Shown: one piece after another, positions 29,111 to 38,364 of the stretch
Layout of the letters: every line of letters begins with the position of its first letter
How positions within the stretch are numbered: position 1 is the first letter of the stretch
Origin: an uncultured Thermoleophilia bacterium
Lineage (GTDB): Bacteria; Actinomycetota; Thermoleophilia; UBA2241
Assembly (NCBI GenBank): GCA_963695395.1
Contig: CAVOGK010000024.1
Coordinates: 53,430 to 117,429 of the forward strand
Reading direction: 5' to 3'
DNA length: 64,000 bases
The notes under the pieces: model-generated
What the model was told of the DNA's origin: nothing
Database searches by the model: none
What the model saw: only the letters and a program-made list of their open reading frames with translations
Made by a program: the position numbers and the translations under genes

Positions 29111-29902
29111 TCACCCTATCGCGGCCGGCTCGATCTCGTCGCGCAACCTGCCCTTGAGCCTCAGGATGGCCTTCGTGTGCAGCTGCGAGACCCGGGACTC
29201 CGTGACGCCGAGCACCTCGCCGATCTCGCGAAGCGTGAGATTCTCGTAGTAGTAGAGCGCGATCACGATCTTCTCGCGCTTGGGGAGCGCATCGATCGCC
29301 GCCGCGAGACGGGACTTCATCTCACTGAGATCGAGCATCCGCGAAGGGTCGCGGCTCTTGGGGTCCTCGATCGTATCGATGAGTGCCGTCTGATCCCCAT
29401 CCGAGCCCGAGATCGACCAGAGTTCGTCGAGCGCGACGATGCTGGTGTTGGAGATCTGCGTGAGCGACTGCTGGAACTCCGGGACCGAGATGTGCAGCTC
29501 GCCGGCGATCTCTTCATCCGTGGGTGCGCGCCGCAGGCGGTTCTCCAGGATCGCGCACACCTTCTCGATCTCGCGCGCCTTGCTGCGCACCGAGCGCGGC
29601 ACCCAGTCGAGCGAGCGCAGCTCGTCGATGATCGAACCCTTGATGCGGGAGATGGCGTAGGTCTCGAACTTGATCTCGCGGTCCGGGTCGAAGCGCTCCA
29701 GCGCGCCGATCAGTCCGAGCAGCCCGTAGCTGATGAGGTCGGATTCCTCGATGTGTGACGGCAGCCCGTTGCTCATCCGGCCGGCGACGTACTTGACCAG
29801 CGGCGAGTAGGCCAAGATGAGCCGGTCACGCGCCGCCTTGTCGCCCTGGAACTTGTAGCGCCCCCAGAGCTCCCTGACCTTGTCTTCATCCAGTCGGGTC
29901 AT
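29111..29902 (-). CDS. RNA polymerase sigma factor, FliA/WhiG (sigma-28) family
   Basis: RDRLILAYSPLVKYVA, LISYGLLGLIGALERFDPDREIKFETYAISRIKGSIIDELRSLDWVPRSVR, LTLREIGEVLGVTESRVSQLHTKAI. Its position next to xerC and rpsB matches whiG in Streptomyces. Confidence 0.85.
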   Translation of the reverse strand: MTRLDEDKVRELWGRYKFQGDKAARDRLILAYSPLVKYVAGRMSNGLPSHIEESDLISYGLLGLIGALERFDPDREIKFETYAISRIKGSIIDELRSLDWVPRSVRSKAREIEKVCAILENRLRRAPTDEEIAGELHISVPEFQQSLTQISNTSIVALDELWSISGSDGDQTALIDTIEDPKSRDPSRMLDLSEMKSRLAAAIDALPKREKIVIALYYYENLTLREIGEVLGVTESRVSQLHTKAILRLKGRLRDEIEPAAIG

Positions 29903-29914
29903 CTCAGCTCGCCC

Positions 29915-30892
29915 TCAGGCTCGCGGGTGGTGAAGTTCATACGTTCGCCGCAGGTGGGCGCCGCTGACATGCGTGTACACCTGCGTCGTCGACACAGAGG
30001 CGTGCCCCAGGAGCTCTTGGATGGCACGAAGATCGGCACCCCTCTCAAGCATATGCGTCGCGTACGCGTGCCGCAGCATGTGCGGCGACGCCGGATCCAT
30101 ACCCGCCAGCCGGCTGTATTTTACTACGAGTCGGCGCACGTCGGAGGTCAGAAGGCCGCGGCCGCTCTTTGAGAGGAGGAGCGGCGCCTCGCGGCGCGGC
30201 TCCGCGGCGTCAGGGCCGGCGCCTCGTTGCCGCTCGAGTTCGCCGCGGCCACGGTCGAGATAACGCCGCAGCGCCGCAGCCGCCTCGTCACCCAGCGGCA
30301 CGATCCGCATCTTGCCGCCCTTGCCGTGCACGATGAGCTGCGCCTGGGCGGCCTGCACGTCCGCGAGGCGCAGCGCCACGAGTTCCATGCTGCGCAGTCC
30401 GCACCCGTAGAGCAGTTCGAGCACGAGCCGGTCGCGGAGCGCCAGCGGGTCGGTGCCGTCGCTGGCCGCGATGAGCATGTCGACCTCGGAGAGGCTGAGC
30501 ACGCGCGGCAGGCGGCGACGGCGACGCGGACCTGGCAGGCTGCGCGCCGGATCGGCGGCCAGCACGCCGGATTCGGTGAGGTGCCTCGTGAAGCCGCGCA
30601 GCGTCGAGAGCTTGCGCGCCAGGGTGGCCGGAGCGTAGCCGCGCCTTCCAAGCTCGGCGGAGAAGGCTCGCGTCTGACGTCGCCCGAGGTCGGACACGGT
30701 CAAATCGCGGTCCGCCAACCATTCGAGCAGCTGCTGCAGGTCCGACGCGTAGGAGCGGCACGTCGCCGCGCTGGCGCCACGCACTTCGAGCTCGCGCAGG
30801 AACGCCCGGCGCAGGCCGGTCGGATCGGCCTTCGCTGCGGCGGCGTCGGTCGTCTCTAGCTGTTCGGAACCGCGCTCGCGCGGAGCTGTCAC
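29915..30892 (-). CDS. xerC: Tyrosine recombinase XerC
   Basis: ELLYGCGLRSMELVAL, MLRHAYATHMLERGADLRAIQELLGHASVSTTQVYTHV. Synteny with dprA and rpsB supports the call. Confidence 0.85.
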   Translation of the reverse strand: MTAPRERGSEQLETTDAAAAKADPTGLRRAFLRELEVRGASAATCRSYASDLQQLLEWLADRDLTVSDLGRRQTRAFSAELGRRGYAPATLARKLSTLRGFTRHLTESGVLAADPARSLPGPRRRRRLPRVLSLSEVDMLIAASDGTDPLALRDRLVLELLYGCGLRSMELVALRLADVQAAQAQLIVHGKGGKMRIVPLGDEAAAALRRYLDRGRGELERQRGAGPDAAEPRREAPLLLSKSGRGLLTSDVRRLVVKYSRLAGMDPASPHMLRHAYATHMLERGADLRAIQELLGHASVSTTQVYTHVSGAHLRRTYELHHPRA

Positions 30893-31027
30893 CGGGTACC
30901 CCCTGAGGCGCCCTAGGCTTCAACGCGCGGCGCACTCCTTCCTTCCCCGCTCCTCCAAGACGCAAGCAGTGAAGGCGGTACGTCCAGGTCCGCTCACGCC
31001 CAGCGGCGAGGTCTCGAGGAGCCGGCT

Positions 31028-32335
31028 TCAGGCCCGGATCACACGGTATCGTCCCCCCTCCACCCGTCGTGCCAGCCCCTCCACCTCGAGTTCGCTCACG
31101 GCGGCCGCCACCTTCGGGGCCGGCAGTCGGCAACGACGTGCAAGCTCGTCGACGGTCAGCGCCGCCGCGCCCAGGGCGTGCAGAACGTCGCGGATCACAC
31201 CCCCACCGTGGTCGAGCACGAGTGTGGGGTGGACGCTCTGCTCCACCGGCGCTGCGTCCCGCCGCTCCGCCCCCGGACCCGGGTCGTCGGCGGCGATCGC
31301 GCGCAGCACATCGGCGGCGCCTTCGCAGACCCGTGCGCCGTCCCGCAGCAGAAGGTTCGGCGCCGCACTCAGTCTGCGCCCCGCCTCACCGGGCACGCAC
31401 AGCACGTCCCGGCCCAGATCCGCCGCGAACCCCGCGGTGATCTTGCCGCCGCTCCGCTCGGCCCCCTCGACGAGCACGACGCCGCGGCCCAGCGCGGCCA
31501 TCACACGATTGCGGGCGGGGAAGCGCCAGACCCTCCCCGGCACGCCCCACGTGAATTCACTGACCACCAGCCCTTCGGCCAGGACGGTGGCGTACAAGCG
31601 CGCATTCTGGCGCGGGTACACGACGTCGGCGCCGCACCCGAGCACGGCTACCGTGCGCGGGCGTACGGCTGCGCTCGCGTCCACCGCGGCGCGCTGCGCG
31701 ATGGCGTCAATGCCCATCGCGAGCCCGCTCACGACCACCACTCCGGCGCGAGCGAGATCGCCGCCGATCATCCGCGCCATCTCCTCCCCGTATGGTGACG
31801 GGGTGCGCGTTCCGACGACGGCCACGAGAGGGGTGTCGACCAGCGCCGAGACCCGCTCGCGCACCGCCCGCGCCGTCGCGCCGCCACGCGCGAACAGGCA
31901 GAGCGGCGGGTCGTCGAGGTCACGCAGTTGATCCGGATACAGCGGATCGCTCCAGGCGACGACGAAGTCGCCCGGCGGCCGTCGCTCCGCCCTCCGCAGA
32001 CATACCTCCGGCCCGGCGTGAAGCACCGCCGTGAAGCGCTGGGCCTCGCTCAGCCGCTCGGCCCGCCGTCGCGCGGCTGCATCGCCGGACTGGGACCGCT
32101 CCGCAGGCGACGCGCTTCCCTCTCGCTTGCCGGCGCGGCGCGACGCGAAAGCCACGATCTCTGCGGGCGGTCGCTCGAGAAGCGCGCCGGTCGACCGGTA
32201 TTCCCGCACCAGCCGCCCGATCAGCCCCGGCCGCCACGACGCCAGCGTGCCCAGCCAGACGCACATCGCCCGGGCGCCGGCAGGAGCATCAGAGCGGCTG
32301 CGGCCGCCGGCGGCCGGCTGCGCGCGGTCACCCAT
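31028..32335 (-). CDS. dprA: DNA-processing protein DprA (Smf)
   Basis: VAVVGTRTPSPYGEEMA, VVVSGLAMGIDAIAQRAA, VAVLGCGADVVYPRQN, FPARNRVMAAL. The start is uncertain. Confidence 0.85.
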   Translation of the reverse strand: MGDRAQPAAGGRSRSDAPAGARAMCVWLGTLASWRPGLIGRLVREYRSTGALLERPPAEIVAFASRRAGKREGSASPAERSQSGDAAARRRAERLSEAQRFTAVLHAGPEVCLRRAERRPPGDFVVAWSDPLYPDQLRDLDDPPLCLFARGGATARAVRERVSALVDTPLVAVVGTRTPSPYGEEMARMIGGDLARAGVVVVSGLAMGIDAIAQRAAVDASAAVRPRTVAVLGCGADVVYPRQNARLYATVLAEGLVVSEFTWGVPGRVWRFPARNRVMAALGRGVVLVEGAERSGGKITAGFAADLGRDVLCVPGEAGRRLSAAPNLLLRDGARVCEGAADVLRAIAADDPGPGAERRDAAPVEQSVHPTLVLDHGGGVIRDVLHALGAAALTVDELARRCRLPAPKVAAAVSELEVEGLARRVEGGRYRVIRA

Positions 32336-33863
32336 TCCTTGCCTTCATCTCACGGTAGCTGAGGCTCTCGTTGATGTGCTCGGCGGTGATGCTTTGCGAA
32401 CTCTCCAGATCGGCGATGGTCCGGGCTACCTTCACGACCCTGTCGACGGCGCGAGCGCTCAAGCGCAGTCGGTCGTAGGCGCGATCAAGCCGCACCGTCG
32501 CCGCAGGCTCAAGTCGGCAGAACCTGCGCAGCAGGCGAGCTGTCATGTGCGCATTGGCGTAGACACCCGTTCCCGCGAGACGAGCGACCTGGAGTTCGCG
32601 GGCGGCGACCACCCGCTCGCGGACGGCTGCCGAGGACTCAGAGGCGCCGGGCGCCCGGCGCTCACGTGGCGGCACGCGCGGGACCTCGAGCCGCAGGTCG
32701 ATGCGGTCGAGCAGCGGGCCACTCAGCCGCGAGCGGTACTGCCGCAGGCGGAACGCCGGGCAGACGCACTCACGCTCGCGGTCGCCGCTGTAGCCGCAAG
32801 GACATGGGTTCATGGCCGCCACCAGCATCAGCCGAGCGGGATAGGTCACCGACGTCAGACGGCGGCTGATCGTCACCTCGCCGTCCTCCAGGGGTTGACG
32901 AAGACCCTCGAGCGCGGAGAGCCGGTACTCGGTGAACTCGTCGAGGAAGAGTACGCCCAGGTGGGCGAGGCTGACCTCGCCTGGCCGGGGCGTGCCGCCG
33001 CCGCCGACGAGCCCGGGCGAGGAGATCGTGTGGTGCGGCGCCCGGAAGGGTCGCCGCACCACCAGCGGCTCGCCCGGTGGCAGCAGGCCGGCCACGCTGT
33101 GTACGCCGGTGATCTCGATCGCCTCCGCGCGCGTGAGCGGCGGCATGATGCCCGGGATGCGGCGCGCGAGCATGGTCTTGCCGGCCCCCGGCGGCCCGCT
33201 CATCAGCACGTTGTGCGCGCCCGCGACGGCGATCTCCAGGGCCCGTTTGACCAGCCCCTGGCCCACGATGTCGGAGAAATCGGCGTCGCCGCGCGGTGAG
33301 GCGGCCAGCAGTTCATCCAGGTCGGACGGCGGAGACGCCGTCGCGCCGCCGGCCTCGATCTGCTCGACCGCCTCTGCGAGCGTCGCCGCCGGGTAGACCT
33401 CGAGCCCCGGCACGAGGGCGGCCTCCGCGGCGTTGTCCACCGGCAGTACGAGGCCGCGGACGCCGCGAGCGCGCAGACTCTGCGCCACCGCGAGCGCCCC
33501 CGCGACCGGTCTCAGGCTGCCATCGAGCCCGAGCTCGCCGACCGCCGCCAGCGGTCCGCGGCCGTCGGACCCGTCCCTGGCCTGGCCGGTCGCGAGCAGG
33601 AACGCCAGCGCGATGGGCAGATCGAAGGACGGCCCCTCCTTGCGCAGATCCGCCGGGGCAAGGTTGACCGTGATGCGCCGCGAGGGAAACTCGAAGGACG
33701 AGTTGACGATCGCGGCGCGCACGCGCTCCCGGCTCTCCTGGACCGCGGCGTCGGGGAGCCCGACGACACTGAACGCCGGCGCCGCGGCGACGACGTCCGC
33801 TTCCACGACCACCGGGTGCCCCTGAAGACCGCTCAGAGCCTCGCTGGCGATCCGTGCGAGCAT
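32328..33863 (-). CDS. comM: YifB/ComM family Mg-chelatase-like AAA+ ATPase
   Basis: MLARIASEALSGLQGHPVVVEADV, Walker A MSGPPGAGKTMLARR, GVLFLDEFTEY and a C-terminal ARTIADL. Confidence 0.9.
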   Translation of the reverse strand: MLARIASEALSGLQGHPVVVEADVVAAAPAFSVVGLPDAAVQESRERVRAAIVNSSFEFPSRRITVNLAPADLRKEGPSFDLPIALAFLLATGQARDGSDGRGPLAAVGELGLDGSLRPVAGALAVAQSLRARGVRGLVLPVDNAAEAALVPGLEVYPAATLAEAVEQIEAGGATASPPSDLDELLAASPRGDADFSDIVGQGLVKRALEIAVAGAHNVLMSGPPGAGKTMLARRIPGIMPPLTRAEAIEITGVHSVAGLLPPGEPLVVRRPFRAPHHTISSPGLVGGGGTPRPGEVSLAHLGVLFLDEFTEYRLSALEGLRQPLEDGEVTISRRLTSVTYPARLMLVAAMNPCPCGYSGDRERECVCPAFRLRQYRSRLSGPLLDRIDLRLEVPRVPPRERRAPGASESSAAVRERVVAARELQVARLAGTGVYANAHMTARLLRRFCRLEPAATVRLDRAYDRLRLSARAVDRVVKVARTIADLESSQSITAEHINESLSYREMKARNG

Positions 33864-33914
33864 GTCACCGCCTCCCGGGTCGTCCGGCGCGCGTCCGGCG
33901 CCTCGCCCTGCGTC

Positions 33915-34289
33915 TCATCCGTCGAGGGTGAACGCGCCGGGGAGATGCCGGACCGCCGGCGGACTGCTGGAGGCGTCGATGGCGACGATGTCGAAGCGCA
34001 CGTCGCTCACCCCGCGCAGCGCCCACGGACGCGCCGCCAGCCAGAGCTCGCCGAGGCGAGCCACCTGGCGGCGTTTGCGCGCGTCGACTGCGTCTTCAGG
34101 CGCTCCGAACGACTCGGTGCGCCGGGCCTTCACTTCGACGAAGGCGAGCACGCCGCCGCGGCGCACGATCAGATCCAGCTCTCCGCGGCCGATGCGCACG
34201 TTGCGCCCGAGGACCGTCCATCCCTCCCGAACGAGGTGGCGGGCTGCCGCCGACTCCGCGGCGCGACCGAACTGTTGGCGAGCGTTCAC
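33915..34289 (-). CDS. yraN: YraN family (UPF0102) endonuclease-like protein
   Basis: GTG start; GRAAESAAARHLVREGWTVLGRNVRIGRGELDLIVRRGGVLAFVEVKAR. Confidence 0.85.
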   Translation of the reverse strand: MNARQQFGRAAESAAARHLVREGWTVLGRNVRIGRGELDLIVRRGGVLAFVEVKARRTESFGAPEDAVDARKRRQVARLGELWLAARPWALRGVSDVRFDIVAIDASSSPPAVRHLPGAFTLDG

Positions 34290-34393
34290 GGGGCCAGCGT
34301 AGAGGGCGGCCGCGACCGGTCACATGGTTCCGATGGGGTCTCGCGGGTGACGTTGGCGATTGCCAACCGACCGGTGCGAGCGCGACAGGGCGA

Positions 34394-35014
34394 TCAGCAG
34401 CCGGCCGGCGCGTCCAGACCCAGGCCGAGCTGCCGGTAGGCGATGCTGCCGAACGAGAGACGGTGCAGATCGCATACGCCGTGCTCCTCGATCGCCGCGC
34501 GGTGGACGGCGGTCGCGTAGCCGACGTGACGGTCGAAGCCGTACGCCGGATAGGACTCATGGAGCGTGCGCATCAGGCGGTCGCGAGTGACCTTGGCGAT
34601 GATGGAGGCTGCGGCGACGGCGGCGGACAGCCGGTCGCCGCCGACGACCGCCCGGTGCTCGCGGGCGCAGCCGGGCAGGCGAAAGCCGTCGACGAGCGCC
34701 ACATCCGGGGCCGGCTCGAGCAGTTCGAGCGCACGAGCGAGCGAACCGAGATTGCAGCGATGCAGGCCCTCTCGGTCGATCGTGCCCGGCGAGCACTGCA
34801 CGACCACCACCTGGCGCGCGCGCCGCACGATCTCCGCGTAGAGGGTCTCACGACGGGAGGCGGTGAGGCGTTTGGAGTCGTCCAGGCCGCCGAGGACGTC
34901 AAGGGCCGCCGCGTCCAGCGCGGCGTAGTCGAGGCACACGGCGGCGGCGACGAGCGGACCGGCGAGACAGCCGCGGCCGGCCTCGTCGGCCCCGGCGACG
35001 ACGGCTGCCGTCAT
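34394..35014 (-). CDS. rnhB: Ribonuclease HII
   Basis: VAGADEAGRGCLAGPLVAAAV, DDSKRLT, ASIIAKVTRD. Confidence 0.9.
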   Translation of the reverse strand: MTAAVVAGADEAGRGCLAGPLVAAAVCLDYAALDAAALDVLGGLDDSKRLTASRRETLYAEIVRRARQVVVVQCSPGTIDREGLHRCNLGSLARALELLEPAPDVALVDGFRLPGCAREHRAVVGGDRLSAAVAAASIIAKVTRDRLMRTLHESYPAYGFDRHVGYATAVHRAAIEEHGVCDLHRLSFGSIAYRQLGLGLDAPAGC

Positions 35015-35070
35015 CGCCGGCGGCCGCGAGATCGAAGGCGAAGCGTTCGTTCACGGCCGCGGCAGGCGCG

Positions 35071-35195
35071 TCACCCGGTCGCGCCATGGCCCTTGCGGGC
35101 CGCGAGTCGCTCAAGAGCGCTTCCGTGCATCAGTCCGCCTCGCGCGGAGCCCTTGCGGGCCGCCAGTCGCTCAAAGCGCTTCCGTGCATCAGTCC
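35071..35195 (-). repeat. Two tandem ~60-nt intergenic units (MIRU-like), each carrying a 19-codon mini-ORF chained by TGATG overlaps
   Basis: Units 35131-35189 and 35071-35130 are near-identical apart from a 1-nt indel. lepB stop/ATG, mini-ORF2 stop/ATG and mini-ORF1 were checked codon by codon: MHGSALSDWRPARAPREAD and MHGSALERLAARKGHGATG. Confidence 0.85.
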
Positions 35196-35797
35196 ACGCC
35201 GCCGATGCGGCCCGGCGGCCAGTAGCGGGCGAACGCGTGGCCCACCAGTTGGCCTCGCGGCACCGGCCCGAACTCGCGGCTGTCGCCGCTGTCGATGCGG
35301 TTGTCGCCCATGACGAAGTAGCTGTCCGCAGGCACCGTGTACGGCTTCTGCAGCGACCACGGAAGACCGTTGTCGAAGGGCTCGGAGGGCACGGGCTTGC
35401 CGCCGACCTTGCGGACGTAGGGCTCGTCGAGGGGCTCACCATTGACGTATACGGCCCCGTCGCGCAACGAGACTTCATCGCCGGGCATGCCGACGATGCG
35501 CTTGATCAGCACGGGACCCGTGAAGGGCGGGTGGAAGACGACGATGTCGGCGCGCTGGGGATCCGAGAAGCGCCAGGAGAGTCGGTCGACGAGCACGCGG
35601 TCGCCGATCAGCAGGGTGTCCTCCATGGACTCGGAGGGGATCCTGTACGGCTTGACGAGAAAGGCCTGGATGAGCAGCGCCACGGAAATGGCCACCACCG
35701 CCAGGACCGCGTACTCGATGATCGTGCGGCCCGTCGAGGCCCTCTTGCCGCCCTTGGCGGCCTGATCGCCCGCGGCCTCCTGTGTGCTGTTCATCAC
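35189..35797 (-). CDS. lepB: Signal peptidase I
   Basis: YRIPSESMEDTLLIGDRVLVDR, VVFHPP, IKRIVGMPGDEV, GDNRIDSGDSREFGPV. Confidence 0.9.
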   Translation of the reverse strand: MMNSTQEAAGDQAAKGGKRASTGRTIIEYAVLAVVAISVALLIQAFLVKPYRIPSESMEDTLLIGDRVLVDRLSWRFSDPQRADIVVFHPPFTGPVLIKRIVGMPGDEVSLRDGAVYVNGEPLDEPYVRKVGGKPVPSEPFDNGLPWSLQKPYTVPADSYFVMGDNRIDSGDSREFGPVPRGQLVGHAFARYWPPGRIGGVD

Positions 35798-35823
35798 CCT
35801 CCTGATTCGCCTGCGGGAGTGTA

Positions 35824-36384
35824 TCAGAGCGCCCGCAGGCGCGAGAGCGGCCAGTAGGTCGCGAGGCCCTCACCGACGATAGCGCCGCGCGGCACCGTGC
35901 CCCAGTCGCGGCTGTCGTCGCTGTCGGTCCGGTTGTCGCCCATCACGAAGTAGTTGGCCGCCGGCACGCGGAACGGTTCCGCGAGCGACCAGGGATCGTG
36001 CAACGTGCTCCCCGAGACGGCGGCCTGGGCGACCGTCGGGTCGAGACGGCCGTCGGTGCGGTGGACGTACGACTCGGGCGCCTTCTTGCCGTTCACGTAC
36101 AGACGGCCCTTCCTCACCTCGAGGACGTCGCCGGGCACGCCGACGACCCGCTTGATGAAGACGATCTCCGGATCTTCCGGGTAGTGGAAGACGATCACGT
36201 CCCCACGCTGCGGATCGCGAAGTCGGAAGGTCACACGGTTGACCAGCACCCGGTCGCCCGGACGCAGCGTATCGAGCATCGACTCCGAAGGGATGCGATA
36301 CGGCTTGAGGACCCACGACTGGATGGCCAGCGCAACGAGCACGGCGACAGCGATGACCGCAACGTACTCGACAACGCGCTTCAC
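35824..36384 (-). CDS. lepB: Signal peptidase I (second tandem paralog)
   Basis: YRIPSESMLDTLRPGDRVLVNR, IKRVVGVPGDVL, GDNRTDSDDSRDWG. Confidence 0.9.
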   Translation of the reverse strand: MKRVVEYVAVIAVAVLVALAIQSWVLKPYRIPSESMLDTLRPGDRVLVNRVTFRLRDPQRGDVIVFHYPEDPEIVFIKRVVGVPGDVLEVRKGRLYVNGKKAPESYVHRTDGRLDPTVAQAAVSGSTLHDPWSLAEPFRVPAANYFVMGDNRTDSDDSRDWGTVPRGAIVGEGLATYWPLSRLRAL

Positions 36385-36412
36385 GGTGAAGACGGCCCCC
36401 GCCGCGACAGGG

Positions 36413-36757
36413 TCAGCGCTGCTTCTCGCGGACCCGCGCCTGCTTGCCGACCTTGCCGCGCAGGTAATACAGCTTGGCGCGACGCACGTCGCCGATCGCC
36501 ATGACCTCGATCTTGTCGATCTTGGGCGAGTGCACGGGGAACGTACGCTCGACGCCCACGCCGAAGGACTGCTTGCGGACGCTGAATGTCTCGCGCACGC
36601 CCTGACCCTGGCGCTTGATCACGATGCCCTGGAAGACCTGGATGCGGTGGCGACTGCCCTCGACGACCTTGAAGTGTACCTTCACGGTGTCGCCGGCCTT
36701 GAACTGCGGCACGTCCTCGCGCAGTTGCTCGCGCTCGATGTTCTCGATGATGTTCAC
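36413..36757 (-). CDS. rplS: 50S ribosomal protein L19
   Basis: GTG start; [35 protein letters not shown]. Confidence 0.9.
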   Translation of the reverse strand: MNIIENIEREQLREDVPQFKAGDTVKVHFKVVEGSRHRIQVFQGIVIKRQGQGVRETFSVRKQSFGVGVERTFPVHSPKIDKIEVMAIGDVRRAKLYYLRGKVGKQARVREKQR

Positions 36758-36790
36758 GGACCCTCGTCTTTCGTCAGAAAAGCGGCGGCT

Positions 36791-36819
36791 AGTCTAGCAG
36801 GGCGAGCCGGACGGCGCAA
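36791..36819 (-). promoter_or_regulatory. Candidate promoter for rplS: -35 TTGCGC, 17-nt spacer, -10 TAGACT
   Basis: Read on the minus strand, -35 is at 36819-36814 and -10 at 36796-36791, about 35 nt upstream of the rplS GTG. The -10 fits the actinobacterial TANNNT pattern. Confidence 0.3.
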
Positions 36820-36840
36820 AACTCCGTGCCGGCCTACGGC

Positions 36841-36854
36841 CATGAACGTTCATG
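36841..36854. promoter_or_regulatory. Perfect 14-nt palindrome CATGAACGTTCATG abutting the trmD stop
   Basis: Self-complementarity was checked base by base. It is unusually AT-rich for this genome. Confidence 0.3.
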
Positions 36855-37514
36855 TTACCGCTTTCGGACCTGCTCCGCTCGCCAGCGCTCGATAGCGGCA
36901 TGGTGCCCGCTGCGCAGCACCTCGGGCACTCCCCAGCCGCGGAACTCAGCCGGCCGCGTGTACTGCGGGTACTCCGCGCCGCCCTCGAGCTCCGGCGCGT
37001 GAGACTCGCTGACGATGCTGTCCGGATTGCTGATGGCGCCCGGCAGCTTGCGCGTCACGGCGTCGAGGACCGCCATCGCGGCGATCTCGCCACCGGAGAG
37101 CACGTAGGGACCGATGGAGACCCGGTCGGTCACGAGGTTGGCGACACGCTCGTCGATGCCCTCGTAGCGCCCACACAGGAGCACGACATCGCCGCCGGCC
37201 AGTTCCGTGGCGAGGGCGTCGTCCAGCTGTCGTCCTTTGGGAGTGAGCTCCACCACGCGCCGCGCATCCTTGACCCGCGTCGCGTCACCGCCGAAGACCG
37301 CCTCCAGCGCGGCGCAGACCACGTCGATGCGCAGCACCATGCCGGCGCCGCCCCCGTACGGCGTGTCGTCCACCTGCAGGTGAGTGAGGGGCGTGTGGTC
37401 GCGGTAGTTCGTGAGCGCGAACTCGTGGCCGAGGTCCGCGGCGGCGCGGATGTGCACCTGGCCGAGATACCAGGCGAAGGCCTCCGGGAAGAGCGTGAAG
37501 ACGTCGAAGCGCAC
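36855..37514 (-). CDS. trmD: tRNA (guanine37-N1)-methyltransferase
   Basis: [52 protein letters not shown]. Confidence 0.9.
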   Translation of the reverse strand: MRFDVFTLFPEAFAWYLGQVHIRAAADLGHEFALTNYRDHTPLTHLQVDDTPYGGGAGMVLRIDVVCAALEAVFGGDATRVKDARRVVELTPKGRQLDDALATELAGGDVVLLCGRYEGIDERVANLVTDRVSIGPYVLSGGEIAAMAVLDAVTRKLPGAISNPDSIVSESHAPELEGGAEYPQYTRPAEFRGWGVPEVLRSGHHAAIERWRAEQVRKR

Positions 37515-37519
37515 GCGCG

Positions 37520-38032
37520 TCAGCCCCCGGTGTCGTCGAGCAGGCCGTCGATGACGCGCAGCACAGCGTCCTCCAGCGTCACGAGCTCGTCGACGAGCGG
37601 GATGAGCACGTCTCCCCCGTCCGGCGTCTGCACCACGAGGATCTCGTGGGCGGGCGACTCCAACACTTCGCGCACCGTGCCGATGGGACGGCCGGATACC
37701 GTTTCGACGGACAGCCCCAAGATGTCGCCGACACGATAGTGAGGCTGTTCGTCGAGCTCTTCGCTGGAGGCGAGGAGCTCGAAGCCCTGCAGAGCGATAG
37801 CCTGCTCCCGGGTCGCCGCCAGGTCGAGAAGCACGAGAGGGCGCCGGTCCGTCCCGCCCGCGCGCGTGACCGCGCAGGGGCGGGGCTCACCGGCGCCCTC
37901 ACCAGCAACGTAGAAGTCCGTGCCCATCCGGAGTCTCTCGAGCCCGTCGGGCACCAGATTCAGGTAGAGCTCACCCTTGAGACCGTGCGCCTTGCCGAGG
38001 ACGCCACAGGCCCACAAGCTTCGCATGGTCAT
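37520..38032 (-). CDS. rimM: 16S rRNA processing protein RimM
   Basis: [16 protein letters not shown], with a PRC-barrel C-terminus. The start is uncertain (38026, 38032 or 38071). Confidence 0.8.
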   Translation of the reverse strand: MTMRSLWACGVLGKAHGLKGELYLNLVPDGLERLRMGTDFYVAGEGAGEPRPCAVTRAGGTDRRPLVLLDLAATREQAIALQGFELLASSEELDEQPHYRVGDILGLSVETVSGRPIGTVREVLESPAHEILVVQTPDGGDVLIPLVDELVTLEDAVLRVIDGLLDDTGG

Positions 38033-38095
38033 GATCCACGGCGCCCCGTGTGCGGCGCTCGATCGAGACACCGCACCTCAGCCTCGGTGCGTGCG

Positions 38096-38329
38096 CTAAT
38101 CGATGATCTCCACGATGGCACGCTTGCCGTCGCGGACGGCCGAGGCCTTGACGATGGTGCGCAGCGCCCTGGCGATGCGGCCCTGCTTGCCGATGACCTT
38201 GCCGACATCGTCTTTCGCCACTGAGAGCTCCAACACGACGGTGGTGTCGGTTTCCGTAGCTACCACGTGGACCTCGTCTGGACTGTCGACCAGCGACTTG
38301 GCCAGATACTCGAGCAGGTCCTTCAGCAT
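38096..38329 (-). CDS. KH-domain RNA-binding protein (UPF0109 / YlqC-like)
   Basis: Trimmed to ATG 38329, which has GGAGGGAG upstream; VGKVIGKQGRIARALRTIV. Confidence 0.85.
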   Translation of the reverse strand: MLKDLLEYLAKSLVDSPDEVHVVATETDTTVVLELSVAKDDVGKVIGKQGRIARALRTIVKASAVRDGKRAIVEIID

Positions 38330-38364
38330 CCCACTACTCCCTCCGTCGTCCACGCGAAGACCTC

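Noticed and set aside
29915-30892. Two tyrosine recombinases (also 54089..55036) considered as integrases marking mobile elements
   Set aside because: Both have XerC/XerD-type catalytic regions and sit in the canonical chromosomal contexts (dprA-xerC near rpsB; xerD near pyrG-recN). There are no att-like repeats, tRNA or phage genes nearby.
34352-34367. Short inverted repeats in spacers (GTTGGC-GATT-GCCAAC here; CGGCCGCC-GCCC-GGCGGCCG at 41258-41277; CCCCG/CGGGG near 50740)
   Set aside because: These 6-8 bp GC stems are common by chance in GC-rich DNA. There is no T-tract, no second copy and no obvious functional context, so they are noted but not called.
35189-36384. Tandem signal peptidase I genes considered as an unusual duplication
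   Set aside because: Multiple adjacent sip/lepB paralogs next to rplS-rnhB are common in high-GC Gram-positives. Both copies keep the catalytic Ser and Lys boxes.
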